Part shown: positions 22,100 to 36,167 of the stretch, piece after piece
How the letters are laid out: each line of letters begins with the position of its first letter
Position numbering within the stretch: the first letter of the stretch is position 1
NCBI RefSeq assembly: GCF_006345805.1
Contig: NC_042999.1
Location: 158,906,001 to 158,970,000, forward strand
DNA: 64,000 nt
Source of the DNA: Octopus sinensis
Lineage: Eukaryota
Reading direction: 5' to 3'
Notes under the pieces: model-generated
The model's database searches: none
Told to the model about the DNA's origin: nothing
What the model saw: the letters and a program-made list of their open reading frames with translations, nothing else
Translations under genes and position numbers: made by a program

Positions 22100-24646
22100 T
22101 GTGTGTGTGATCATTTAAATAATATATAAATATAATTTTTATGTTACATAGTAAAGCACGAGAACTTGTATACCTTGTTGTAAGGATTGAAAATTGTAAC
22201 ATAAACGCCTCCTTGAAATATATAACTAGCATAAGTGAAAATAATTATACTCAGCTGAGAATTTTGGCACTGCTTGTAGAATCAATTCACAAAGCAATTT
22301 GCAACTGGTCAAGAGGAACATTAGTGTCGACTTCCAATTTCAAATGTAACGTTAATCACATCGATATCTCTGTCTCGAGGGACCTACAAGAGTCGTGAAC
22401 TCACACCCTATCTTCATGACAGAACCAACACAAAAAAAGTCAGTGTTGTTCCTGTACAATTACTATGTTGCTGTTTTAACACTAATATGAAACTGCAGAG
22501 CAACTAATAGAATCAATTGCCCAGCAAATTTGGTTTGAGAAGGAACACGTAGAATTTTTTAAAACATTTCGAGAAAAGAAAGACGATATAATATAATTCT
22601 AATTAGAAATGTAAATGAAGTTAGAAAAATCACGAAAGGTAATGAATGTTGAATAACAGAGGATGTTACTGACCAACCAACCCCCTTCAAAATCGCTGAC
22701 TTTCTTTCACCTAAATTAGAAATAACTATACAAGGTTATCTATATATTTTGTCTTTTCAGTTGCAAACACACTGATATATATTGATTGATATAAATGAAG
22801 GTTTATATGTTAAATGAATTTTTCGATTTCATACCCCACTTTTTTCTCGATCTCTTTTACGTTCTTCCAATAAATATTTTATGTGAAATCCTGGAAATTT
22901 AACTATTTAACTCGATGTATCGAATTATTCAGCCGAAACACTTTTAAGGTCACTTCTGTATTAATGTAGACTGAACCAATGAAACAAAACTTTGGGTATT
23001 CTACATTATTTAAATTCTTTAAGCAGTCTATTGTTGGAGATAATGAAAATATAATCAATATGGGATTTTAAATATATTCTCTGAATTAATCATGCTTGTG
23101 ATATGAAAAACGTAACTTATTAGATAAAAATCTGTATCGCTGTGTGTGTGTGTGTGCATGTGTGTGTGTGAGTGTGTATGTTTGTATATATGTATATATA
23201 TAATGTTATGCTTGTGTGTGTAGGAATATGCACTCGTAAGTTTGTATAAGTTCCCATGAAAATCATTGCAGAACATATTTTTGATCTATATTGTTTTCAA
23301 ACAATTCATAATACTTGCTGCATCAAATTTCAGAACGATTCTGATGCACTCCCTTGAACTATACTTAGACATTTTACCCCACTTCAATAATATCTCGAGA
23401 ACGCCATGGTGTTCTCTGAGTTCTGTGGAAGAATTCAAACATTCTTTCTTCACTTAATATTATATTCTGTGTACTAAGTACCTGGGTTGTATATTTTGAA
23501 GAATGTAAATGTAAATGGCGAATAATTTTCCGGAGAATATTTGTATTGTAATGGAATGAAAATTGCTCAATCAAAAGTTTTAAATCCTATTGAGGTATCG
23601 GTACTCGAATAAAAGCATTTTCGCTTAAACTTTGATTTTGTGTTTGCTTGATATTGTCTTAAATCTTAAGACAGTGCATTATTAGATACGCTAGAATTGA
23701 CTAATTTCATATTAATATTTTAGCTTCTTTCCTCTGAGCATTTTGAACAAATACTACCCCTGATATCCCCTTATATATTTCTGTTTCTGTAGCACCCGAT
23801 CAATGCTGATAAAGAAAACTCACGGTCATGGATTTTTTGTCATAACCATTCTGTCTTTTAATATAATTCATTATAAAACATATAAATGATTAGTTTTGAA
23901 AAGTGTAGATATGATTTGAGGGTCGTTTCTAAGGGGTTGAGCTATGACAAAGAGGTCTTTCATAGGTTAGCTATTTATGAATGACAAACACTTTCCAATC
24001 GATTATATTTCTTCATGAATATACGTGTGTCCTCCTGGTTTGAATCGAATATAATAAATATCCTCTTTTATTGTAACACACTGAAATACCTAATTGAATC
24101 TAGTATTATATATCATTCCTTTTAGTCAAAATCACATTCAGATAGGTTTTACTCTTTTGGGTGTGATGAAGGAAGAAATGGCAGTATTCAGTTCAAGCCA
24201 ATTGATTATAACATTGCCACAGAACATACAATGTCACAATACCGGAAATTATTGCTATATTTCGTTCTGCTAATTGTATGAAATACAAATGCAATGAAAT
24301 CCTATTTGACCAACACGGATACAGCACTGTTCACTCCTAACTTTTATAAATTTCCCACTTTACAAAAAGAGCATTCACAACTTCACATCTAAGACTTCCT
24401 CCAAGAATTCATGGAGGTAATATTTATTATATCATATAGCTTTTCAATTTTCAATAATAACACGTTGATCCATTATGGGTGAAAAGAAATATCGACACAC
24501 ATGACACAACAGATTTCTAAAACAAATGTATTTTGTTAGGATTCCTTAAAATTGAAGTTATTTATAGCACCATATAAACACTTTTTTCCTTATCTTGCAA
24601 TTACTAATGTATCTCGTTACTATGACCTCTGATAACAGCAGCAACA

Positions 24647-24681
<35 letters not shown>

Positions 24682-24706
24682 AATAATAAATAATAATAAT
24701 AATAAT

Positions 24707-24877
24707 TTTTTTTTTAATTTATGTATTAGACATTCACTAGTACAACACCAAAAAAACCCCCAAATATATGGCACACTAGGCATAACAACAACGTGAACTT
24801 CCAACCTATTGTCTCTTGAGGTCTCTGGGTGAGACTCGGAGCCAACTTGTACAGACATAAAGCGAAAGTCAAACATA

Positions 24878-24878
<1 letters not shown>
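24707..24878 (+). mobile_element. R4/Dong-type LINE family X, 3' UTR only
   Basis: Nearly identical to 50010-50169; bounded by (TGA)/(TAA) runs. Confidence 0.8.
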
Positions 24879-24939
<61 letters not shown>

Positions 24940-24941
<2 letters not shown>

Positions 24942-25360
24942 GGCCAACAGACCAGATATAGTTGTCAGAGATCATGAAGAAAAAAAATGCTTTCTAATTG
25001 ATGTATCAATACCGGCAGATGACAACGTGTCTCTAAAAGAAATGGAGAAATTCTCAAAATACAAAGACCTGGAAATAGAGGTAACTAGAATGTGGAATCT
25101 GAAAACAGAAACAATTCCTATCATAGTAGGTGCATTAGGCATGATAAAAAAATATTCAGACAAATACATAACAAAAACACCAGGACTTACAAACACATAT
25201 AACATACAGAAAATTGCACTACTAGGCACTGCACACATCCTACGCAGAACACTTTCCATACAATAACCATCAGAGCATCAGAACAAATCACAGCACATAC
25301 CCAAGACACACAGAGCTGCGCTCGGTAGTGAAGTGAAAGCACGCTATAAAAATAAAACTA

Positions 25361-25363
<3 letters not shown>
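24940..25363 (+). mobile_element. R4/Dong-type LINE family Y, 5'-truncated (RLE domain and 3' UTR)
   Basis: ANRPDIVVRD..CFLIDVSIPAD..KFSKYKDL; near-identical to 48421-48842; embedded in (TAA)n. Confidence 0.9.
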
Positions 25364-25430
<67 letters not shown>

Positions 25431-25448
25431 GTAATAATAATAATAATA

Positions 25449-25490
<42 letters not shown>

Positions 25491-25519
25491 ATGACGATGA
25501 TGATGATGATGATAATAAT

Positions 25520-27412
25520 AAGAATTACATACTGGATCAAAAACGATATAAAGAGACTTGACAGAAAAAAAAAACTACGAAGTTTTTGACGCTGTATGGA
25601 GCCCACCATCCGACAGCTGATATTAACCGGCTGTAGTTGAAGAGAGACCAGGTAGAAGAGGCTTAATAGAGGTAGAAGAATGTGTACAGGCGGAAAAAAA
25701 TGTCTAGTAGAGTATTTACAGAGCAGCACAGAACTGCTTAAGACAGTTAATAAAGAACAGGTGATGAAGTACGTAACAGAGAAAAGGACAAGAATGAAAT
25801 ACAGAGAACACGTCAGACAGATCGAAGAGAAAGCTCTGCTTGACTAATTTTGAGGAGCCACTGGAGACGTATGTGGAAGAAAATCTCGGGCTTGGTTAAA
25901 AAAAAAAAGAAAGAGAAAGCCTAATTGTAGCAGCCTAAGATCAAATGATAAGAACAAAAGACTAGAGAATTTTTTTTTTCAGTCATTTGACTGCAGCCAT
26001 ACTTTTTTGCCTTGGTATAAAAGATGGGCTACCGCAAATATTCTGCCTGTCAGTTGTTGGACCTTAACCAGTTGAGCATGTCTCTTAGTGGCTGACGATA
26101 TGTGCCTCTCTGATCATGAGCAGATGTAGTTGGGGAGCATCATAGCCATGTGTTAAGAGGAATGTTATGAAGTTTGGATAATTCACCTTTGGAAACATGG
26201 GTATTTTTTTCAACATCTTTAAACAACCCTTATTCAGGGATGGGCTACCCGACCTGAAGTTAAATTCTAACTATGCCCCATCTGCAACTTCTTGCTCTGT
26301 TTATCTTGATATGAGATCACCATGTCACGAACATATGGTTATGATTCATGTTCCTGGTGTACCCTTATCAGATGGGTAGTCATGAAGGCTATCCTGGGCT
26401 TCATATAATTTACCCTAGAGTCACCTTCAACTGGAGGAAGGGGACTGAATAGTTTGGACTATTGCGTGCGTATCGAACTCGGCAGCTTCGTTACATACCT
26501 AGCCCAATGTAAGGAAACTTGGTAAGTAAGGATCGAGGATGTATTGAGAGCAGAGAAAATGGAAAACAAACGAAGTACAAAGAGGACATGAAGAAGAATT
26601 ACGCATGAAGGTACTACACAATTCCATGTGACCACAACAGAAGTTGCTGGAAAAAATAGGGGGGTATTGGTTGATGAAAGAAAACCTGAAAAGAAACCGA
26701 GAGTACAGTACTGGCAATGGCAGACTAAGCTTTAGCCACGAACTGGTGGGTCAACCCGAGGAATGAGCAAGTGTCTCCGTTCTCAGCATCTGCAATAGAG
26801 TGGAAGAAACCAATGCCCATATCACGAACGAATGCATTAGACTTGTCTAAAACCATTACAAGTTGTGGCGACACGACCAGGTAACGAAAGTGCTACATTG
26901 GAAACTGTGCAATAAATGAGGGATAGAGCGATGCAAGATGTGGTATGAACAGAAGCCTCAGAGAGTAGTGGAGTCAGAGACTAGCAAAATCCTCTGAGAT
27001 TTCTCAATCCAAACAGATCAGGTGATAGAGCATAACAGACTAGCCCTAGGAGTGGACAAGGCGCACCACACATGCTATATAGCTGATGCTGCATGTCCCT
27101 TTGGCCCACGAATAATCAAGAAGGAAGGCGAAAAGACAAATAAATACAACCCTCTCTAAGTACGAAATAGCCTGGTTATGGAAAACGAAGAAATGAAGAT
27201 AGCGCCATTTATTGTTGGCTATCAGACGGCATCAAGAGGGATACAAAGGAAATTGGAATAGAGAGCCCATCCTCAGCACGGCCAGAATAATCGGCCAGGT
27301 ATTAGCTGAAAAGAACAGATAGCATGGTACCGTAGGCTGCAGGTAGGAAGCCCTCTACGCTTGTATGGCTCCAGGAGCACCAACAAAACCTGTAATAAAG
27401 AGAAATAACAAC
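25520..27412 (+). mobile_element. Old R4/Dong-type LINE relic (late RT, zinc knuckle, RLE), interrupted
   Basis: IKRLDR..LYGAHHP.ADINRL, RHDQV..LHW.LC and CYIADAACPF..KKEGEK..KY fragments; interrupted at ~25975-26430. Confidence 0.65.
26003..26430. mobile_element. Interspersed repeat of uncertain class
   Basis: Non-LINE-like block interrupting the RLE LINE relic and preceded by a family A SINE tail fragment; orientation and class not determined. Confidence 0.4.
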
Positions 27413-27427
27413 AACAGCAAGAATATA

Positions 27428-27563
27428 GGCGCAGGCGTGACTGTGAGGTAAGAAGCTTGCGTCCCAACCACATTGTTTCAGGTACAGTCCAACTGCGTGG
27501 AACCGTGGCCAAATGAATCGTTAGTGGATTTGTTATTCGGAAATTGAAATAAGCCCGTTCGTC

Positions 27564-27624
<61 letters not shown>

Positions 27625-27820
27625 GTGTGTGTGTGTGTGTTTGTGTGTGTCGTGCATGTCTGTATCTATGCCCACCCCGCTTGACAATCAGTGTTAGTGT
27701 GTTTATGCCTACGTAACTTAGAGGTTCGTCTACGTGTTCGATAGACTTAGTACTCGGCTTAAAAATTCATCAAGGTGTTGTTCCAGCATGGCCGCAGTCT
27801 AATTACTGAAAAAGTAAAAA
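27428..27820 (+). mobile_element. SINE family A, degenerate
   Basis: GGCGCAGGCGTGACTGTGAGGTAAG...CCAGCATGGCCGCAGTC. Confidence 0.85.
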
Positions 27821-28044
27821 ATAATAGTAGTAATATTAAATTGAGTTCATATTAGGAACATTCGTAATTCCTAGGGAAAACCCAGGAGTCATATTTGAAG
27901 TTCATTGGGTTCGTTAAATTGATTAGTTTTTATAAGCAGGTGTTACTAATATAAAGTTAACCACAGTGTTATGTATGTGAAGACAGAGAATAGTCACCGT
28001 GAACAAAGCTTGTAGTTTATTAGCAACAAAACCTTATTCTTTTT

Positions 28045-28435
28045 ATATTTTTTGTACTCGTTTCAGAAGTGAGACTGGCCATGAAGCATTTTTAGTCCAA
28101 TGAAGCCACCTCCAGTTCCTGTTATTTTAAGCTTGGAAGCTATTCTTTTACCGAACAGCTAAGTTATGGGTGTGTAAACACCAGACCACTGGTATTCAAG
28201 CGGTGGTGTGGAGATACACACTCACACACATACACACACACACAACAACATCAACACACACAGATGTCATTTATGTATACGACGTACTTCTTTTATTCCT
28301 TTCTACCAAATGCACTTGCAACGGATTGGTTTGCTCGAGGCTATAGTAGAAGACACTTGCTCAAGATACCACGCAGTGGGACTAAACTTAGAATCATGTG
28401 TTTGGTGAGTAAGATTCTTACCACACAGCCACGCC
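28045..28435 (-). mobile_element. SINE family A, degenerate
   Basis: GCTATAGTAGAAGACACTTG...CCACACAGCCACGCC. Confidence 0.8.
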
Positions 28436-28729
28436 CAAAACAGTTGGTCCCTGTGTGCCCTTCAAGGTGTCTAGTGTTAAACACCTACTTTAAATCCAAC
28501 AGTTTGAAAGGACGGAATAGGAAGTAAACTATTCAAAAGGCTTAAATGTTCGCGAATACATATCTTAATTGGGATCTTAGAAATAAGTTTGGTTCGTAAG
28601 AATGAAACAACACTAACTTTAAGTTCATTTTTTAAGTCATCGTAGAAGCCTTTGCTATTACGACAATATTTATATCCAGATATAAGCAAGCAGGATGCTC
28701 CAAAAAGAGTAAATAGCGTAAACATCTTA

Positions 28730-29157
28730 TTCTTTTATCTTTTCCTTCAGTAATTAGTCTGCGGCCATGCTACGGCGATGCCAAGAGGAATTTTTAGTGG
28801 AATGTATCGAAACGAGTGTTTCTTTTTTTCTTTTTCTTTAAGCTTGGTACTTACTCTTTCGGATTCTTTGTCGACCCGCTAAGTTACGAGACGTAAACAC
28901 ACCAACACTGGTTGTCAAGAGGACAAACACAAAGTCGCATACAAATATATATATGTGTGTGTGTGTATGGGTGTATGAGTGTTTGTGTACATATGAAGGT
29001 GTTCTTTCAGTTTCGGTCTACCAAGTCCATTCACAAGCCTTTTGTTGGCCCAAGGCTATAAGTAAAAACATGTGCTCAAGGTGCCATGCAATGGAACTGA
29101 ACCCGGAACTATATAGTTAAGAATCAAGCTTCTTACCACACAGCCACGCCTGCTCCT
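28730..29157 (-). mobile_element. SINE family A, degenerate
   Basis: CTGCGGCCATGC...TCTTACCACACAGCCACGCCTGCTCC. Confidence 0.8.
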
Positions 29158-29334
29158 ATGTTTATCCCACTGAAATTTGCTCAACATCATAATATCATAA
29201 AACGATGCTGTGACGTTGACTCATTTCTTTCTTGTTTACATATTTTCTATAAAGTGGGTAGAACTGTGGGATGCTAAATACCCTGAGCATAACAATGTCA
29301 GCAATATATTTACAAAACATAATAATAATCCTTT

Positions 29335-30210
29335 CTATTATAGGTACAAGGCCTGAAGTTTTGGGGAGGAGACTAGTCGATTACATCAACCCCCAGAATT
29401 TCACTGGTACTTAATTTATCGACCCCGGAAGGATGAAAGGCAAAGTCGCCCACGGGCGAATATGAAATCAGAACGGAGCGACGGGCGAAATAACGCTAAG
29501 CATTTTGTCCGGCTTGCTAACGATTACTTTCTACTCTTGACACAAGGCCTGATATAAGATCGAGACCAGTACACAACTGGTACTTAATTTATCGACTCCG
29601 AAATGATGAAGGGCAAAGTCGACCTCGGCGGAATTTGAACACAGAAAGTAAAGACAGACGAAATACCTATTTCTTTACTACCCGCAAGGGGCTAAACACA
29701 GAAGACAAACGGATTAAGTCGATTATATCGACCCCCAGTGCCTAACTGGTACTTATTTAATCGACCCCGAAAGGATGAAAGGCAAAGTTGACCTCGGCGG
29801 AATTTAAACTCAGAACGTAGCGGCAGACGAAATACCGCTAAGCATTTCGCCCGGCGTGCTAACATTTCTGCCAGCTCGCCACCATTCAAAAGATAATAAT
29901 ATCAGCAATATATAAAAAACGTGATTTACCACATAAGTGGGATAAAAGAGGATAGAATAAGACAAAAGTAACGAGTGCATTGTATAATTCTCGCAGTAAT
30001 ATTGGTTTCAAATTGTGGGACAAGACCAGTAAGTTTGGGAGAAGGGAACGAGTTTATTACATCGACCTAAGTGCTCAACTGGTACTTATTTTATCGACTC
30101 CGAAAGGATGAAAGGCAAAGGTGACCTCGGCCTAATTTGAATCCAGAACGTAAATACGGACAAAATGTCTTTTAAGTATATTTGCCGACGCGTTAACGAT
30201 TCTGCTAGAT
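29335..30210 (-). mobile_element. Cluster of four SINE family B copies
   Basis: GGTACTTA..TTTATCGAC..CGAAAGGATGAAAGGCAAAG motif at about 29405, 29578, 29748 and 30080. Confidence 0.85.
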
Positions 30211-30559
30211 TACGTCCTTAATTTTCGTAGTAATATTATTTGTAATACGTACAGAACAATTAAAGAATTCAGAATTACAGCTTTAGATTGTTTTACCAGA
30301 TAACTTTCTCTTGAACGTATCACATGTTAGAGTAAACAAGAAATGGTAGTTGGGTTGTCATATGAAGCAGGAATATTAATATGTTTTCCTTTCCTTTGCA
30401 ATAAGATTTAAATGTGAATACAGTGCTTAGGCTGCAAAATCCCCCATGAAACATAATTTCTAATTCAGAGCTGTTTTTACAATCGTTAGAAATTGCAATA
30501 ATCAAATTTATTCAAAATCGATACTCATGAATAATGCTATGCATGCATGAATACATACT

Positions 30560-30608
30560 CACACATTCATACATTCCTGAACACAAACACATATACATTC
30601 ATACATAT

Positions 30609-30660
<52 letters not shown>

Positions 30661-30856
30661 TATATATTATATATATATGTTTATACATATATATATATAT
30701 ATATAAATACATTTATGTATAATATATAAATATATGTATACATATATATTGTGTGTGTATATATATATATATACGCATACATACATATAATCACACAAGC
30801 TCACACATGCATGCTCATACACACAGACACTCACATACACACACACACACATATGT

Positions 30857-30895
<39 letters not shown>
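30560..30895. repeat. TA/CA-rich microsatellite field
   Basis: Visible runs. Confidence 0.9.
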
Positions 30896-30898
<3 letters not shown>

Positions 30899-31259
30899 AG
30901 CAGAGTAGAATAGAAAAAGGATTATTTAATATCAGTGACAGAGTTAAATCCTGTATTATGTAAGGCAAATTAACAAAACATATTGAAAGCTTCCGTTTGA
31001 TGCATCGCACAACAAATATCAAAAATTATATAGCACTCGATAAAAGAGCGTAAAATATGATATTTAAACATGCAATCAATACGTGGACAATGTCGGACGA
31101 AAGGAAGCTTGCCTCTGATGCTTCCTTTGAAAAAAAACCTATATATCCTGCTCACATGAGATAGGAAGATACATTTTCCTAATATATCAACTTTCATCAA
31201 TTCTGGAAATGCAATACCGTCACGCACACTCAAATTCAAACACAGAAAAACATACACTT

Positions 31260-31491
31260 GACACATATATATATATTTATTTATATATATTTATATATAT
31301 ATATATACATATATACATATACATATATCCATATATATACATATGTATAAATACATATATATCTATATTTATATATATATACACATATATATACATATAT
31401 ATATACAGACATATACACCTATATATACATATACATATCTATGCATATATATATACATATATATGCATATATCTATGCCTATATATATGTG

Positions 31492-31570
<79 letters not shown>
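31260..31570. repeat. TA/TACA-rich microsatellite field
   Basis: Visible runs. Confidence 0.9.
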
Positions 31571-31574
<4 letters not shown>

Positions 31575-31885
31575 GGAGTCGCCCACTGGTGATTTAATAA
31601 TATTTTTGAATCAGTCAACCTTCTATTCAGTACCTCTCCGCTACATTTGTCCTTGTCCTTATTCATAAATCTCACGACGTTTTTAGACATTCTGCTTAAG
31701 TTCCTAGAAACCTCTTTATTTGTTTATATGACAAACAGTGAAAGATATGTAACTGCCAACGATTCTAACATTATGCAAAGAAATATTTGTTCTACACTAA
31801 AATTTTTTATTCAGTTTCCCAGAAGACTGTTTGAAACGGCTCTAACATAACGTTTTATATATGAAAAACAAACAGACGTACGTGT

Positions 31886-31939
<54 letters not shown>

Positions 31940-32344
31940 GATAACTATGGATATGAATTTCAAAAATCACGTAGCATTCAATCAAATCAGGTTCAGGAGC
32001 GTAGTATCTTCATAATTTAGTAGACGGGAATGCAGTGATTACAAGAGAAACAGACAAACTTTAGATTTCTCGCTGGTGAAATTTCGAGGCCCTTCTCGAC
32101 ATGTTTTCCTCTCTAACATAATATTAAGACACTCTGTTCCTTTAAAGATGTTGCCTGCTCTTTCTATATATATATTGGCTTGGCAACTAAGTTCCCACCG
32201 TTTTTTTAAATTTTGGAATTTATTGCGGTTTTAAATTTTGGGATATATTTGGTTCGAGAATTCTATTTTTTAATCATTTTGGAATCTATTTTCTTTTACT
32301 CTAGTTAATTTTAGGTAAGTTTGGTTTATTTTCAGATCATTAAA

Positions 32345-33473
32345 ATGGAATGTCAAGTTAAGAAAAAATAGCATTTTCGACACCTCCTACTTTTTGCTTT
32401 TAATTCAGGTTCTAAGGCCGCAAAAGCTGCTCGTGACAATTGTGCTGTGTATGGAGAGAGTACAATAGCTGAAATAGTTAAGTTAGTTAATTTTTTGGGG
32501 CTCAAAAAGCAAAAAGCAAGGCCATGTAGGGGGATATGGAGTTATGTACAGGGACGGTGTTCATGCAAAGAGTTCAGGCCATTTCTGGTCAAGAGAGACT
32601 TTGAACCGAGCGCATGATTGGCGTGCCAATTTAAAAAATGGAAACTTTGACCTAAAAAACGAACCTCGCTCTGGGCCTCCAGTTGAGTTCGATGAAAATT
32701 CTCGTAAAACGACAAAGGAACTTGCAGAGAAAATGGAATGTTCCCACACTGCTATAGAGAAGCATCTTCACTCGATGGGAAAGGTTCAGAAGTATGGAGC
32801 ATGGGGTCCCCATGCTTTAAGTGACAACAGCAAAAATCAACGAGCCACAATCTCCGCTGGTTTGCTTGCTCGTCACCGCTCAACTCATGGACAAAAGCAA
32901 CAATTTTTTTTACCGAATCGTTACTGGCGACGAAAAATGATGCCTGTACATTAATATGAATCAGCGTAAGGAATGGCTTAGCTCCGATAAACAAGCGACA
33001 CCGCGAGTGAAACAAGATCTTCATCCACGTAAAATGAAGTTGTGCATATGGTGGAATTGGGAAGGGATGAAAGAGACCAAACGGTCAACGCGAAACTCAA
33101 TGTGCAACAGATGGAACGACTCAACACGGCTATTCAAGAGAAAAGACCTAATCGGCAGCATCGAGTTCTTCTGCTGCACGACAATTCATGCCCTCATATC
33201 GCCAATATGACCAAGAAAGCCATTCAAAACCATGGCTGGGAAGTGCTGCCACACCCGCCGTACTCTTCTGATTTGGCACCAACGGATTTCTACCTCTTTC
33301 GATCTCTTTTAAATGGTATGCGCGGAGTTTCGTGCAATACTGAGGCAGAATTGAGAGCTTGGTTGGATCTATCTTTCGAGTCGAAATCGGGTGATTTTTG
33401 ACAACGAGGTATTGAAAATCTTATTGAAGGCTGGGAAGTTGTAAACAACAAGGGTGAATACATTATTGATTAA
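32345..33473 (+). pseudogene. Mariner transposase pseudogene
   Basis: WGPHAL, LLHDN and PHPPYSSDLAPTDFYLFRS motifs; frameshifts, deletions and a 128-bp insertion. Confidence 0.9.
32475..32602 (-). mobile_element. Short retroposon 3' fragment inserted in the mariner
   Basis: Absent from the other mariner copy; minus strand has an ORF end (..LDQKWPELFA*) and a TTAACTAACTTAACTA tail. Confidence 0.55.
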
Positions 33474-33547
33474 TTAGTTATTTTTTATTAAACCTTCTAA
33501 AAAATTAAAATTTAAAAAAACGGCAGGAAATTAGTTGCCAACGCAAG

Positions 33548-33879
33548 ATATATATATATATATTATATATATATATATATACAGAGAGAGAGAGTGTGTG
33601 TGTGTGTGTGTGTGTGAGAAAGAGGTAGATAGATAGCTACATACATACATACATACATACAAGCATGCATACATACATACATAATGCATATATATTTAAA
33701 TACATTCCATATGCATAAATATATGCAAATAAATGTAAGTCATGATATATGGATTCAAGCAATCCGGCAGCACTCGTAAAAGTGCTCCTTAGTTTATCAT
33801 AGCATGAGGCATATAGAGTATATGGTAATATACATGAGAAAAGAATAAAAAGAATATAAAGAGATATACGATAGAGAAA

Positions 33880-33970
<91 letters not shown>

Positions 33971-34092
33971 GTTATTATTATTATTATTATATGTGTGTGT
34001 ATGTACATATTCATATCAATACATACATACACACCCATATAAATGCATGAAATACATACATATGTACATACATACATATGTACATACATACA

Positions 34093-34126
<34 letters not shown>

Positions 34127-34180
34127 AGGAAGGCACATATATATATATATAGATGTAGATGTATATATGTATAGGCAAAT
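33548..34180. repeat. Compound TA/GT/TACA/(TTA)n microsatellite field
   Basis: Visible runs. Confidence 0.9.
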
Positions 34181-34333
34181 TTATTGTTGAAAAAGCATCT
34201 AAATTCGAAAAACTTGTAGATGTTCTTAAAAGAATTTATTTAAAATCAGTTACAAGTTTTTAGGATTTAAGCGCATTTTCAACAAGTTTGCCATTATGTT
34301 TTTCTACCTGGAAATATACCCCCTCTTTTATTC

Positions 34334-34365
<32 letters not shown>

Positions 34366-34817
34366 TGTATTTATGCATGTATGTATGTGCCTGAACTTGG
34401 CATAATATTTTAGAAAGAAACTCCCTTTATAATTCTTCTATATAAAAATAGCTGACATGTTAACGGTGATTGTTAGGAATTCATTTTAATTAACTTCTTT
34501 TTGAAGACTCCGTCCACACTTAACCGTGAGTGAGAGAATGCGATTTAGCTTTCATATGAACTACTTGAAGAGAGTAGTCTACACTCTTTATAATCGACGT
34601 ATGAAAATGCAGTTACAGAAGCGAGTTTATCACTTATATTTAAAAGGAAATCTTTGTTGGGTTCCTCTATGCTGGTTTTCAAATATCCTTTTGCTGTTCT
34701 AAAACAGCTATTGTTCTGTGTAGTGCTTGTCATATATAAAGGATTTCTGCTAGTAGCATTTACTCTTGCCGTTTGGTTTTTCTTTCTTTTTAGTGCAGGA
34801 AGCTATATCTGTCTCGG

Positions 34818-35202
34818 GTGGAGGCGCAATGGCCCAGTGGTTAGGGCAGCGGACTCGCGGTCGTAGGATCGCGGTTTCGATTCCCAGACCGAGCATTGTG
34901 AGTGTTTATTGAGCGAAAACACCTAAAAGCTCCACGAGGCTCCGGCAGGGGATGGTGGTGATCCGTGCTGTACTCTTTCGCCACAAATTTCTCTCACTCT
35001 TACTTCCTGTTTCTGTTGTACATGTATTTCAAAGGGCCAGCCTTGTCACACTCTGTGTCACGCTGAATCTCCTCGAGAACTACGTTAAGGGTACACGTGT
35101 CTGTGGAATGCTCAGCCACTTGTACGTTAATTCCACGAGCAAGCTGTTCCGTTGATCGTATCAGCTGGGACCCTCATCGTCGTAACCGACGGAGTGCTCC
35201 TA
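34818..35202 (+). mobile_element. tRNA-derived SINE, family D, with 14-bp TSD
   Basis: TSD TATATCTGTCTCGG at 34804-34817 and 35203-35216; tRNA-like head GGCCCAGTGGTTAGGGC...GGTTTCGATTCCC. Confidence 0.9.
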
Positions 35203-35441
35203 TATATCTGTCTCGGATTTAGTATGATGCGTTGAAGCAAAAAGAATAAAACGGCTGAAAAATGCTTGAAAGTAACGTGTTAACGTTTTAAAGAAATATT
35301 ACATAACACATGAGTATGAGTTAGTGAGTGTGTGTGTGTGTGTGTGAGTGTGTGTATGTGTGTGTGTGAAAGAGAGAGAGTGAGACAAACAGACAGACAG
35401 ATAGAAAGACAGAGAGAGAAAGAGATAGTCGGCGCGTGTGA

Positions 35442-35640
35442 GGTGGCGAGTTGGTAGAATCGTTAGTGCGCCGGGCAAAATGCTTAGCGGCATTTCATCC
35501 TTTAGATTCTGAGTTCAAATCGCACCGAAATCGACTTTGCCTTTCATTCAATTCGGATAGATAAAATAAGTACCAGTTGAACACTGATGTAATCAACATA
35601 CCCTCATGCCCTGAAATTGCTGGCTTTGTGTCAAAACATG
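35442..35640 (+). mobile_element. SINE family B
   Basis: GGTGGCGAGTTGGTAGAATCGTTAG...GAGTTCAAAT. Confidence 0.85.
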
Positions 35641-35656
35641 AACGCAATATATATAT

Positions 35657-35842
35657 AGCTGTGTAGTAAGAAGATTGCTTCCCAGCCACATGGTTTCAGG
35701 TTCAATACTACTGTGCGGTAACTTGAGTAAGTGTCTTCAACTATAGCCTCGCGCTAACCAAAGACTTGTGAGTGCATTTAGTAGACGGAAGCTAAAAGAA
35801 ATCTGTCATATATATATATATATATATATATATATCTATATT

Positions 35843-35910
<68 letters not shown>

Positions 35911-36124
35911 TCATGTGTGTGTGTCTGTGTTTTTCTCCCCGCCTTCGCATGACAACCGATGCTAGTGTGTTTACGTCCCCATGACTTATCTGCTTGGCAC
36001 AAGAGACCGATAGAATAAGCACTAGGCTTACAAAGAATAAGTTCTGGGATCGATTTCTTCGACTGTAACCCTTTAAAACGGTGCTCCGGCATTGCCACAA
36101 TCAAATGACTGAAAGTAAAAGAAT

Positions 36125-36126
<2 letters not shown>
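35657..36126 (+). mobile_element. SINE family A
   Basis: GCTGTGTAGTAAGAAG...GGTGCTCCGGCATTGCCACAATCAAATGACTGAAAG. Confidence 0.85.

Positions 36127-36167
<41 letters not shown>

Larger units (their letters stand above)
32175..33546 (+). mobile_element. Mariner DNA transposon, same family as 11179-12482, decayed
   Basis: TA then TTGGCTTGGCAACTAAGTTCCCACCG left TIR; CGGCAGGAAATTAGTTGCCAACGCAA right TIR. Confidence 0.9.

Noticed and set aside
22973-22990. 18-bp match GAACCAATGAAACAAAAC to ~15493-15510
   Set aside because: Too short and AT-rich, with no extension into the flanks.
34821-34885. tRNA gene
   Set aside because: The tRNA-like head continues into a 380-bp body bounded by a 14-bp TSD, so it is a SINE.
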